Source: Asterionella formosa (taxonomy: Eukaryota). From it: a stretch of 20,000 nt of DNA. The stretch covers positions 58,781-78,780 of the forward strand of contig NKIB01012442.1 of NCBI GenBank assembly GCA_002256025.1. Direction: 5' to 3'. A model generated the notes under the pieces. It was given only the letters and a program-made list of their open reading frames with translations, ran no database searches and was not told the DNA's origin. Below, piece after piece: positions 1 to 11,264 of this stretch. Position 1 is the stretch's first letter, and each line of letters opens with the position of its first letter. The position numbers and the translations under genes are program-made.

Positions 1-24
1 TCTAGTCTGAGTCAGCAGTTTTTA

Positions 25-600
25 CAGTATAATTCAGAGTCCTCCTGGTCTCCCCACCCAATAATTTTCTGGATATTAACAAAGTAATGTACTGTAATCC
101 TGTTTCTTCTCGTAGGCACTGGTTTATAATTATTTAGCTACGATTTTGCGATTACTTTGTACGTATAAAACACTAGAGTGCGATGGTAGTGGTTGTGAGC
201 AGCTGGAGAATCCTGCATCATGTTGTTGAACCTTGACCATGACGAAAATACGAATTACCGGTATCTCCGCGAAAATTGAGAACAATGCTTTTCCGCTTGC
301 TACGTACATTAAGCACGACATAGAAAATACAATGGTGAAAGAAGTAAAGTAATAATGACAACGAAAATTGAGATTGCCTATAGCAACATGAAGTCGCATT
401 TTTCTGGCGAGGTGAAGAACTCTCTCAGTTTTCACCGGACGGAAAAATGCGCTCCATCCTGTAGAACCGATAAAATTTAGGTTGGTCCATTATCAGGGAA
501 GTCTTTTTCTTTTCCTCACCCCTTTAACTAAAATCAGTCAAATTCAGTCATGGCACGCACGATTGTAAATTGGGAGGTGGCAGGACACTGAATTATACAG
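25..600. mobile_element. Non-autonomous Tc1/mariner-like DNA transposon (MITE), 576 bp, TA target-site duplication
   Basis: Left end TA|CAGTATAATTCAGAGTCCT (25-43) and right end AGGACACTGAATTATACAG|TA (582-600) form a 17/19 inverted repeat. It starts with CAGT and is flanked by TA at 23-24 and 601-602. Removing the element restores a continuous 20-bp tandem repeat. No transposase ORF recognised inside. Confidence 0.8.
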
Positions 601-660
601 TAGTTGTAGTCAGAAGTTTCTAGTTGTAGTCAGCAGTTTCTAGTCATTGTCAGAAAGTTC
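601..660 (+). repeat. 20-bp minisatellite (consensus TAGTTGTAGTCAGCAGTTTC); 3 units here plus one at 3-22
   Basis: Units: 3-22 tagtctgagtcagcagtttt, 601-620 tagttgtagtcagaagtttc, 621-640 tagttgtagtcagcagtttc, 641-660 tagtcattgtcagaaagttc (degenerate). Confidence 0.85.
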
Positions 661-1931
661 TGAATGTAGAAAGGTAGGATTCCTATGTTAATTCCAAATC
701 TAGAAGACGGTTTGCTGAACACGTTCATCATTCAGCAAATCTGAGTCATGTTCAGAGACTAGCTAGTTCTGCAAATCGTCATTTTTAGAGTAACGTTTTC
801 CTAAATTATTTAAGGAATATTATTTTCATTGAAAGCTGGCCTATCTTGTCCAGCAGGCATGAGACAATCCATTGGGAGTGCGTCGAAACTGAAAGGTGCA
901 CATAAAACATGTGCTCCCGGACCTTCCAGAAGATAGGAGCAAAATTCTTTGCTTTAGTATGATCATTCATCTGTTCGACTCTGCTTTATTGCTACCGGTA
1001 TGCAGCAAGAAGCAACGACAAACATCATGAGAACAAATTCCAAGCAGAGCGAATACCGGTACCAGTACCGGTACATATGAACGAATCCATGACTCAGAGC
1101 AGGGGTCCTTCATTATTGTTCCTAATGATACCGGTAGTTCTGTTACAAGTTCATTACCGTATGCACTCTCCTAGCTAGCTACAGGTACCAGTACTGTAAG
1201 CATTTTCGTATGGAACACTGCATTATCTTTTAGTATACCGGTAGATAAGAGCACTGCTTGTGCAACTTATCTTGGATATTTTGTGAGGGCTTTTAACTAC
1301 CCGGTACTACCGGTAGATTGCCTGTAATATAAACACACCACACCAGTACCAGTAGCAAAGTCATGTGCCACCACCCCCTACCGGCCGATGCAAACGTTTG
1401 CGTACCAGCTACTCGAGTGATGTACTTTGTATTCCTCCCATGTAGCAATGAAGGTACCAGGTACCGGAGTACCACGTACCAAATACGTCGTTACAGGTAT
1501 GTACATACCAGTGCTCCCCTGGAAGTCATCGCTGCGCACTCCGACTCATTTACATGCTAAGTACCGGTATCCCTGGTGGTGAACCATGCATGGAGGCAGA
1601 TGAATCTTCTACATCCTGCTATCCCTGGTACCAGGTACCAGGTACCTTACCCTTTTCCCATGGGCGGAACGGGAACCCACCTTTGTATGCGACATAAGGT
1701 GGTATTCACCATCTATAAATGAATTGTACCTGGAACTCCTACCATGATCAGGTACGCACACCTGGTAAAATACTGAAACCTATATACCATCACTTCATGC
1801 CGGAATAGTACAGACGAAGAACTGGGGGGTACGAAGTACCTGGTACTGATGGAATATCTCTATTTAGCACATGTGTAAAATTGATACTCCCACGTACATA
1901 CCACAAATCATTCAGAGTGCAGTGTACCTTT

Positions 1932-2019
1932 GCAAGTTGCGGATTTTGCTTTAACTAACATTTTAATCTGGGATAAAGATAGCTATATCTTTAGTTTCAG
2001 CAAAATTACCGGAACTTGC
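1932..2019. mobile_element. ~90-bp hairpin MITE-like element, copy 1
   Basis: GCAAGTTGCGGATTTTGCTTTAACTAA...TTAGTTTCAGCAAAATTACCGGAACTTGC forms imperfect ~28-bp terminal inverted repeats. Closely similar to 6336-6427 along its whole length. Confidence 0.7.
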
Positions 2020-2211
2020 TGGTACCCTGGTAGTCTAATGAATGAAAGCCCAGATAAATGCTGAAAAAGGAATGCATACGAGAAGTCATGCTGAGGATCA
2101 TGATGGTGGGATGATGGAGAGCACAACGCACATAAATCATAAATCAAATCATATTTCTCAAAAATTCTGGGTTCATAATACGTATAGACAAATCACAAAC
2201 TTTTATAACCG

Positions 2212-5200
2212 ATGATGCTCTACAACAACATTGCCACCAAGAAAGGAACGCTCTCGTTTATCCGGTCATTCGGTACAAGGCGTAATGTTGTCCCGCACCA
2301 CTCTTCATCGGCAGTTTCGACGCTTCGTCATCGCGTCAAGGCGCGTTCCGCCCTTTCGACAGCAGCCTGGCGCCAGAGCTCTTCCTATGCCGCTCATACT
2401 ATCGAGGAACACGAACAACTACACGGTAATATCCAGGGCCATGCTGCTGCGGCTGCTATCCGCACAAGCACGGGCAAATCTCACGAAGAGGCTTGGATGA
2501 TCAATCTTGGCCGAGGAAAAGAGAATGCATGGTTGACTGGACCTCGTTCGGATGAATGGTTCACTGGCGTAGTTCCTGCAAATTGTCCTGGTAAGTGGAG
2601 CAGTCATTTTGATCCAATAAGACGGTGAACTCGAAGATTCTCGTCACAACGACTTGGCATCCGATTTTCAACCACTGATGCCGTTGTAGAAACGGTCTGC
2701 GTCAGCGACATCGATGGGCCCGATACCTGCTTTGCACAGTCAAATAATGTTTTCTGTATTGTTTTGCTGCCCCCATAAAAGCTTGGTGTCGCCATGATCA
2801 GCACTATGTTCCCTTTTGGTAAACCGTAGTAGGAACAGCATCGAACAAAACCTCACCATGACCTGGACGAGTGCAGGGTTCGTATTAGTCCCACGGAAGG
2901 AAACTTTCAATCTTTTGCTCCTAAATCTGTACAATAATATTGGTACCTTATTGTCTCTAACAGCCTCGTTCCCCATATTTCTTTCAGGAGTGGATGCTCA
3001 GGGAATCTTGCGCTCTTTGCCACTTCCAAACTTGAACGCTGTCACGCGACTGTCTGCCAAAGAATATTTCGACAATTCCTGGACTCTCTTCGAGACTCTT
3101 TTTGCTGGTTTGAAGGGAGAGGAGTACTTTTATCGCCCGCCAATTCATGGACTTCGCCATCCTCAAATTTTCTACTATGGTCATACTCCTTGCCTTTACA
3201 TCAACAAACTGAGGGTTTCGGGAGTTATTCCAAAACCAGTGAATGCATACTTTGAGAGCATTTTTGAAGTTGGCGTTGACGAGATGTTGTGGGATGACAT
3301 GCACAAGAATGATATGCTTTGGCCTACTGTCTCTGAAGTACATAAATATCGAAGGCAAGTGTACGCCAACGTTGTGAATGCCATTATGACCCATCCATCA
3401 CTGGACGACAGTGATGGTCCAGTTAGTGTCACTCAGGACCATCCTATGTGGGCATTATTTTTGGGATTTGAGCATGAGCGAATCCATTTCGAGACTAGCT
3501 CGGTTCTTTTCCGTGAGGCCCCTATCCATTTGGTGCAAACTCCATCACATTGGCCTCCACTACATCCTTCGGTAAACACGAAATCACCAAGCTCAAACCC
3601 TGTGAAAGGTGAACATTACCCTGAAAACCGTATCATCCCTGTCAAGCGAGGCAACGTTGACCTTGGTAAACCTGCTGACTTTCCATCCTTCGGATGGGAT
3701 GTCGAGTACGGCGAGCGCCGTGTCGATGTCCCTGATTTTCATGCTTCGGAATTCATGGTTACAAATGGCGAGATGTGGGAGTTTGTAAGGGATGGCGGAT
3801 ACCGCAAAGAGGAGTACTGGTGTGCGGATGGCTGGGCTTGGCGCACTCATCGCAATCTCAAGTGGCCTTTCTTCTGGGAGACGGCTGGTCCTGCTGTAAG
3901 TATGCAGATGAACTCTTGAAATGTTTTTTCAAATGTTGGTACCAAGAACCTTTTCTAACTGTAATTGATACCATAGGGATCACATGAGTATAAGTTGAGA
4001 ACCATTTTCAAAATCGTCCATATGCCGTGGGATTGGCCGGTTGACTGCACATACTACGAAGCAAAAGCTTTCTGCCGCTGGAAAACGGAACGAGATGGAT
4101 CGCCCTCATCAAATGAATATCGTCTGTTGACAGAGGCCGAGCATCACATTATTCGTCATCAGCAGCACAATCTTCATTCCGCTCGTGCAGATGCTGATGC
4201 CGATAAGGTCATGGTTACCGGAGGAGACAAATTTGCTGAGGGATCGACTGGTGCAAACATGAACATGGCATTTGGCTCCCATAATCCAGTAGACGCATTT
4301 CCTCCGTCGCACACTGGTCACCACGATACCACTGGAAATGCCTGGGAATGGACAGAGGACCACTTCAATCCTTTGAAAGGTTTCGAAGTTCATCATGTAT
4401 ACGATGACTTTTCAACGCCTTGTTTTGATGGAAAACACTCAATGATCGTTGGTGGCTCATTCATGAGCACAGGCGACGAAGCCTCGGTATTTGCTAGATT
4501 CCATTTTCGCCCGCACTTCCTTCAACACTCTGGTTTCAGATTAGTTGCTTCGGAAGGCGACGCACCTGCAACGCACCTATTTGCTGGGAGTTTTTCTGGT
4601 CAAGTAGCAGCTCGTGATGCCGCTGTCGCTTCTGGAAAACAAACCGATGAGGTCGTGTCTGATAACGTGTACGAGAACGAAACTTTGTTGCACATGTACT
4701 ACGGATTACATTACCCTTCGTCTGGAGTTGAAAAGGTCTCTCCTATCATTGATCACCGAAATGCTCCTTCCCATGGACTACGGTTCCCTCAAAGAGTTGC
4801 TGAATTGTTGAAAAGCCTGGAACCAGAGCAAACGAACGCCGCTCTCGACGTTGGATGTGCGGTTGGAGGCTCATCCTTCGAACTAGCAAAGACTTTCAAC
4901 CATGTTGACGCTTTTGATTTTAGCCAATCGTTCATTGCCGGGGCCAAGCGAATGCAGGCAGCTGAAGAGGTCCGTTTTCGAATCCCTGTTGAGGCCGACT
5001 TGTACGACGAAGTCTTGGCTGTGCACGAAGAGGGAGTAACTCGTGAAGTGTTGGACAAAGTTACATTCTTTACTGGTGACGCCACTCAAATCGACCAAAT
5101 GGCAATGGATGGACGTTTGACAACCTATGACGGCGTGATCATGTCTAATCTGTTATGCCGTCTTCCTGATCCATTGGCGTGCTTGAACGCACTTCCTCGG

Positions 5201-5464
5201 GTCGTTAACAAAGGAGGTGTAGTCGTCATGGTAACCCCATTTAGCTGGTTGGAGCAGTTTACACCCCGTGGCAAATGGCTTGGCGGTTTCTATGATCCAG
5301 TTTCCAAAGAGCCAATTCGTTCCAAGGATCAACTTCATTTGATTATGGAGGAGCGAGGTTTTGAGAAGATCCACGAGGAAGAAATGCCGCTAGTTATTCG
5401 TGAACACCAAAGAAAGTACCAATATATTGTAAGTGAAGCTACTGGATGGAGAAAGAAGGGATGA
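2212..5464 (+). CDS. ovoA: Ovothiol biosynthesis protein OvoA (5-histidylcysteine sulfoxide synthase: DinB-like + FGE-sulfatase + SAM methyltransferase), ~924 aa, 3 exons
   Basis: Exons 2212-2590, 2988-3895, 3977-5464. Introns GTAAGT..TTTCAG (2591-2987) and GTAAGT..CCATAG (3896-3976) keep the frame (NCPG/VDAQ; GPA/GSHEYKLRT). Motifs: RHPQIFYYGHT, iron-binding HX3HXE (HERIHFE), GNAWEW, VYDDFSTPCFDGKH, RFHFRPHFLQHSGFR, and C-terminal ALDVGCAVGGSSFELA ... REHQRKYQY. Confidence 0.95.
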
Positions 5465-6335
5465 AGGGATCAATATCGAATAGCTGATGGTGGAGGCGTT
5501 TCTTGAATCTTAAGAGCACACAGAGTTAACTGCTGTGGAGTAATGGTAGTCTAGGACAGTTATTATATATTTACATATTGTGCTCGAGGAGTTGGGCTGC
5601 GAAAACAAACACCTTGTGCTTTCTTAGTTTTCATTGAACTCAATTCCTTAAGCTGTATCAATGATGAGTTAGATTGCATGAAAAGTGGAAGTGGTCCTTC
5701 GAAATGCGGATTTGGAGCTTTGCTATCTTGAAAGTACACTACATGAATCCACATAAAAATGCAGCAATGAAACCTGTACAAATTGAATAAAAAATGCGAG
5801 GTATGAATTTTTGAAATGTCTCACATTTTCGAAGTACAATATCACTGTTTTGCATCTGCTTTTACTATTTAAAAGTACTCCCAGCTATTTTGCTTTAATA
5901 GATGCTCTTTGCATTCAATTCATTCAATTTTCTACCAGGAAGTATTGATAGTATCTTTATCCCTCCTTTGAACAATACCTTCCTTCCTTTCTTCCCTGGT
6001 TCGCATCAGCCAGCAACACAAAGAGATGGTCATAAATACAGTACTAGATTTAATAGTTATAGACTGTAGTTCCTAAATGTATTTTATCCATGGCACTAAA
6101 ACCTAACTCAATCATCCCACTCTTATTAGTTCTATACAAAATGTAGCATCATTGTCCTCAACAATGTGTCTACCACTACCGGTATGTTATATCTACCCAG
6201 TAGCTGTCATCATGCATCAATAGAAAGATCATAATCGAGTATATAATCTACCTGGTACCAGGGTACCAGGTGCCAGGTACCAGGGACCGGTTTGTACCTG
6301 TACTCGGCTGCAATAGACTACCGTACCAGGTACCA

Positions 6336-6427
6336 GGCACGTTGCGGTAATTTTGCTTAAACTAACAATTTAATATGGAATAAAGATAGCTAAACTTTTA
6401 GTTTCAGCAAAATTACCACAACTTGCC
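6336..6427. mobile_element. ~90-bp hairpin MITE-like element, copy 2
   Basis: GGCACGTTGCGGTAATTTTGCTTAAACTAA matches the reverse complement of TTAGTTTCAGCAAAATTACCACAACTTGCC at 27/30 positions. Same orientation and core (TAAAGATAGCTA) as 1932-2019. Confidence 0.75.
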
Positions 6428-6740
6428 AGGTACCAGTATGCTCACATTCTGTCGAGAAATCATTATTGTTGATTTTAAAAAATAGTTCGTATCCCTTCTG
6501 TTATACACATATATAGATACAAATATTCCGCTTGTCATTGCAGTCAAAGTCAAAAACGAAAAGACAAGACAAGGCGCCATTTGGTATCACTGTGTTTGTA
6601 ATTAGCATTGATTCCATGACTCAGTGGCCCATGTAAACAAAATCTAGACATCCTACCAGACGAAACGGACAAGTAATAAGCAAAAAGTTGTCTTCTGTGC
6701 TGGACCAGATTGCTCACTTTGGAGCGACTCGGCGGAGACC

Positions 6741-8699
6741 ATGACTGGTGCCCTCGCGGTCGAATCGCGCTCGCGAACCGATCCTGGATTGGAGCTACCA
6801 ATTTTACTGCAGATTTTGTTTGGCATTGATTTTCTACCAAGAACTGGCGACGATGGAACATTGTTTTTGTCTGAGGATCGGGCGGTTTCCATCAATGAAG
6901 GCGAAACAGGTGAGTCGCCGATCGCGGCCGAGGAAAGCTACAAGGATACAGGCTTCACCGGCGAATGCGATGAAATCACCGAAGAGGTAGCGAACGAACT
7001 AGAATTCAATGTCGAACATCCTGAGTCAAGTGTTGGCAAACGAGGGAGAATGAAAGGCAAACGCATCAAAGATGCCATTGTGCGTATCAAATCCAAGGTA
7101 CAGACTGTTAGTGAAAAAAGGAAAGAAAAACGACGAAATAGCCAAGTCGATGACATCCAATTACCATTGAGTGGCAGTTGTTTGCATTCGGAAAGCCCAG
7201 CATCTTTCAAGGGCGTTGCCTTGACTGCAGCAGTTCCCAACTTCGAAGTCGCTTGGGGACGGATGCAGCAATTTGAGCTGGAGCATCTCAAATTTGAACT
7301 TTCATCGATCCACATGGAGACCCAAAGCTTGATAACTTGTGCGCAAGAAATAGGTTTCCGAGTTGAGCAGGCTCAATCGGAAATTGCTGAGCTTGAAAAT
7401 AGACTGGCACAATCCATGAGATCCCTTGAGAACGACACGAATACTCTGACTACGACGAAGAAGCAACTCACTGCATTAGAACAACGACGCGAACAGACAG
7501 AAGAGGCAATCAGTGAAATTGTGGTGGTTATTAAAAGAGGCACTGATACCATGATATCAGATGCTAAAAATCTGCGTTCGCCACAAATTACGCCTGTTAA
7601 TTCCTCACCTAGGCTTCGTTGTGGAACAGACGACGCGACTTCATTGACTAATAAAAGGCTGGTTAATCAACCAAGAACACGCAGTCAAACAGAAGACATA
7701 AAAACTGCAATTACTCCAAGAAAGGAAAATCCAGAACACAACATGCTTGTCTCACATGGATCAAATTCAGCTCCAAACTTGCGGCGACTCTCGTTGTCAT
7801 TCATCCGAGTGCATGATTTAGATATCAACATAGATGTATCAGGGTCGGAGCATCATTCGATGAATTCCAATTCAGATTCATTGGACTCACAAATTGATAC
7901 CAGAGCGATGTTTTTCTTGGACAATGACATTAAATCTGTACTTGACGCTCTGATTCAACTTGGATACGATATCGTGACGGATGAAAGCGAGCGTTTCACC
8001 CCTGTTCTTAACACAGCAGCTCTGTTGGCTAAAAGTCGCCCACCAGTTGTTTCTTCGTGGCCATTGGATTCATGGCAATCGGTGAGTGGATCAGATACGT
8101 TTGTTTGGACTGGTAGCATACATCACAATGGACCAGGCCATAACTTGCCAGTTGTAAAGGCTCGAGGTAACATCGCAGCGACCCCTCGAGACGTTATGGA
8201 TCTTATGATGGATAGTTCCAGAGTAAAAGAATACAATAAAATGGCTCAATCCCGTAAAGACGTGGTGATACTTCAGAAGGGTATCGACACGACACGTGAA
8301 GAATCAGATTTTGACTTGGCAGGAGAAGCCAAGATTATTCAATCCTTGAATAAGCCTCCTATGATTCGGCGTAGCATTGAAATGCTCTCCCTCATGCATG
8401 CAAGAAAACTTGACAAATACATTGGGGGGAATCCTGTGCATGGCTACATTGCAGTCAGCCGTTCCGTCTGGGAGGATGCAGCCGGTACCCCTGTGAATTC
8501 AAAAGATTCCGTACGATGCGAAATGCTTCTCGGAGTGAATCTATTGAGGGCCATCCCTGGAACAAGGCATGGAGAAATTCATTGTGAGCTTACAACCATT
8601 TCTCATGTTCACACCACCGCTGTACCCCAGATATTAGCGCAAAAAATGGCTCCACAGCATGCTGTCAACTATATCGGTGCGATTCGATCCCTGTTTTAA
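6741..8699 (+). CDS. Coiled-coil + C-terminal START-like (lipid-binding) domain protein, 652 aa
   Basis: Long uninterrupted ORF with a heptad-rich segment (EQAQSEIAELENRLAQSMRSLE...LTALEQRRE) and a Ser-rich linker. The C-terminus resembles START folds (LPVVKARGNIAATPRDVMDLMMDSSRVKEYNKM; YIAVSRSV; RCEMLLGVNLLRAI). The 5' end is uncertain. Confidence 0.75.
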   Translation: MTGALAVESRSRTDPGLELPILLQILFGIDFLPRTGDDGTLFLSEDRAVSINEGETGESPIAAEESYKDTGFTGECDEITEEVANELEFNVEHPESSVGKRGRMKGKRIKDAIVRIKSKVQTVSEKRKEKRRNSQVDDIQLPLSGSCLHSESPASFKGVALTAAVPNFEVAWGRMQQFELEHLKFELSSIHMETQSLITCAQEIGFRVEQAQSEIAELENRLAQSMRSLENDTNTLTTTKKQLTALEQRREQTEEAISEIVVVIKRGTDTMISDAKNLRSPQITPVNSSPRLRCGTDDATSLTNKRLVNQPRTRSQTEDIKTAITPRKENPEHNMLVSHGSNSAPNLRRLSLSFIRVHDLDINIDVSGSEHHSMNSNSDSLDSQIDTRAMFFLDNDIKSVLDALIQLGYDIVTDESERFTPVLNTAALLAKSRPPVVSSWPLDSWQSVSGSDTFVWTGSIHHNGPGHNLPVVKARGNIAATPRDVMDLMMDSSRVKEYNKMAQSRKDVVILQKGIDTTREESDFDLAGEAKIIQSLNKPPMIRRSIEMLSLMHARKLDKYIGGNPVHGYIAVSRSVWEDAAGTPVNSKDSVRCEMLLGVNLLRAIPGTRHGEIHCELTTISHVHTTAVPQILAQKMAPQHAVNYIGAIRSLF

Positions 8700-9151
8700 C
8701 AGAGACAAACGAAAGTTGAATAGCAACAAAGTCTCTCTCGAGTATACAGTATACACTCTATTCCCTTTAAACAATTCGTTTTTGGATTTATGTGATATGT
8801 AGAATAAATTCGAAGATAATTTTGGCTTTATAATCATCAGAGTATAGGGTTTGTGATACAAATGTGAGGCTTGTTTTGGTTGGTGATTCCAGAAGATACC
8901 ATCATGACACGTTCACCACTCAACGATCCTGACAACGTTGCGAATATGAAAGGGAAAGGCATCACACAAACCGGGGACGCATCAAGGGAGTGGTCAATAT
9001 CCTGACTTTTAAAAAGCCATTCCAAAGTGCAGACCTGTGCTAGTCGAGCAGTGCGATTTGAGTATGCAATGAAAACTCGAAATAAAACATCATGTAATGT
9101 TAAAAATACCCCATCACGGGAGTATTTATATACTTATCCCTCCGCCGCTTA

Positions 9152-11264
9152 TCACTGCGTACGAAAGCCGTCGATAGTTCTGACGCCACCACTAGCAACA
9201 GCAATGCTCCCATTATCACTGAAGTTTAAAGACAAATCAATTTCTTCTTCCTCCATTTCGACAACAATATCTTCATCTGTCGGTTGTATAGGAGCAAGGG
9301 GTTGTATTCCATTGCGTTGGAAGTAGTTTACCAACTGCTGTGGAATCTCCTGCAAGGTTGCGGAACTCAAGTCGACAGAGCTTTTGCAATGGGCGTTGAA
9401 TGGAACAAATTGAACAATATCAGGTACACCCTGTGGTTGAGCCTTATCATCCAAGAATCTCATGGAACTAAAATCAGCATTTCCAACGCCAACAATTACA
9501 ATTGAAAGTGGAGCATTAGAACATTGTTTCATGACAATTGCATTCTTCTGCACATTGGTGACAGCACCATCAGTGACAATGAGCAAGACGCTGTATGCTT
9601 GCTTCCCAGCCGCCATGGCGGCTTCCTGTTGGCTCACTGCGCGTGAGGCTGCGGTTTGGACAACTTCAGAGAAATCCGTTGGCCCACTCAATTGAAACCT
9701 TGAATGTAACGTATGATGATATGCATCGAGGATTGCACGAACGCCATGAACTTCCTCGGTTGGACCAACCTGAAAGCAGTGGTCAACATCTCGGCCAAAG
9801 TCAGCACCAAAACCATAAACAGGGAACACTTGATCCGAGTCATATTTAGCTAAAGAAAAAAAATTAGGGATTTGTCCAGAATACAACATCGAACCAGTCA
9901 TGTTCCATCTCAAAACGTACCCAAAATAGAAACAATGGCATTTATGGCTTTTTCGTAATCATTCAACTTTCCATCTTTGTGAATGTAATGAAGCGAAGAT
10001 GGATGGTGAATCTCTCCATTTGATCCAGTGAAATCAATGGCAACTACCACGTTAAATTCACAACCACCAGAGACATAATCAATAAAAGTTGGTTTCGATG
10101 GTGGAGAGAGTGGAAGCGACATGTCGGTAGTTTTTTCCATTGATGGTGTCACAACACCAAACACTTCCGCCTTAGTTACCATGATTTTTCCAACTTCCTT
10201 TCCCTTTTGTTTTAGCAAAAATGGGGTGTTGGCAGCCAATTGCAATCCTTTGACAGTGGTTTGAAATTGTCCCATGGGGACATGTTTCCCATTACTTTCG
10301 AAATCAAAGACAGACACAAGGATGGGCTTGTCCAAATCGCCCTGACAAAGGGTGCTCAATTCAATGTTCGCCGATTCCCAAACTGGATTCAAATTATCAT
10401 GAATTACATTTGAGCGAAAGACGTTGTCCCTATAGAGATCAGGAGGTTTGGTAGTAAGCACAAGTATCCAAAACCAAAGTGAGTAAGCACATGTATCCAA
10501 AATGGAATTGGCAAAGTTCCTTTATTGAAAGTTGCTGCTTGGGGTCATTTGACTCACCATGTAAGCCCACCCGCTGCATCTCGCTTGCACGAAAGTTCAA
10601 AGAATGGATCACTTTTTCGCATAAATCCTTCCACATTTTTCAGTTGAATGCCCTTCATTTGTAATGTCATAGTACCGGATCCCTGGTGTTTGGAAGCATG
10701 CGCGTAGACGCTAGAACCACAAGGAGCGAAAAAGGAAATGGGTCTGAATTTAGTATAGTTCCGGGAACAAGTCAAAATAGGTACCAAGACAACATTTATT
10801 GACTTACGTTCCACCCTGCTTCATTTTTTTTGCCTTTGTATTTCCACGTGTTCCAAGGCATTCGCCAACATCAAAAGTGACAGTTCCCACAGGCTGTTGT
10901 TTGTGTTTCTGGTCGTAGATCTGAACTGCTACTATCATCGGAGTACCAAGTTGGTACTCCAAAACAATAACAGATACCCAATGTGGACTCGAGGTGTTCG
11001 CAATTCTATACAAGGTACACAAGCAATGCGTGAGCGTTGAGAAAGTGAACAACGGAACGGACGAATCATTAGCGTTGTTCCAGAAACAAAGCCTATCCAC
11101 AGCACTCACACTTCGGTGGTTCCCAAGACGACAGGCTTCATTCCTGATTGGGTCGAAACATGAGTTACCACGGCATATAGATCCATCGCATTGCTACAAA
11201 GAACACCAATGTGTTTTAAATTGGTAGCATGAAGAGAAAGGTCCACCTTATTGGTCGTCGTCAT
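9152..11264 (-). CDS. Copine family protein (C2A-C2B-vWA), ~570 aa, 5 exons
   Basis: Exons 11264-11110, 11005-10808, 10710-10558, 10429-9921, 9849-9152; all GT-AG and frame-preserving (sum 1713 nt). Motifs: KSDPFFE, NLNPVW, VFDFESNGKH, FIDYVSGGCEFNVVVAIDFTGSNG, YDSDQVFPVYGFGA, LSGPT, LLIVTDG, PLSIVIVGVG, DIVQFV. Confidence 0.93.

Noticed and set aside
130..435. 101-aa minus-strand ORF inside the MITE as a transposase remnant
   Set aside because: GTG start and no HTH or DDD/E motifs recognisable.
601..660. Short repeats as a CRISPR array
   Set aside because: Head-to-tail units with no unique spacers, eukaryotic context and no cas genes.
1293..1560. Small overlapping ORFs (60-65 aa)
   Set aside because: They lie in GGTACC-rich low-complexity spacer and show no protein-like motifs.
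2816..2987. N-terminal 57 aa of the 367-aa ORF, and treating the three ovoA ORFs as separate genes or a frameshifted pseudogene
   Set aside because: Canonical GT-AG introns with CTAAC branch points join the pieces in frame; this stretch is intronic.
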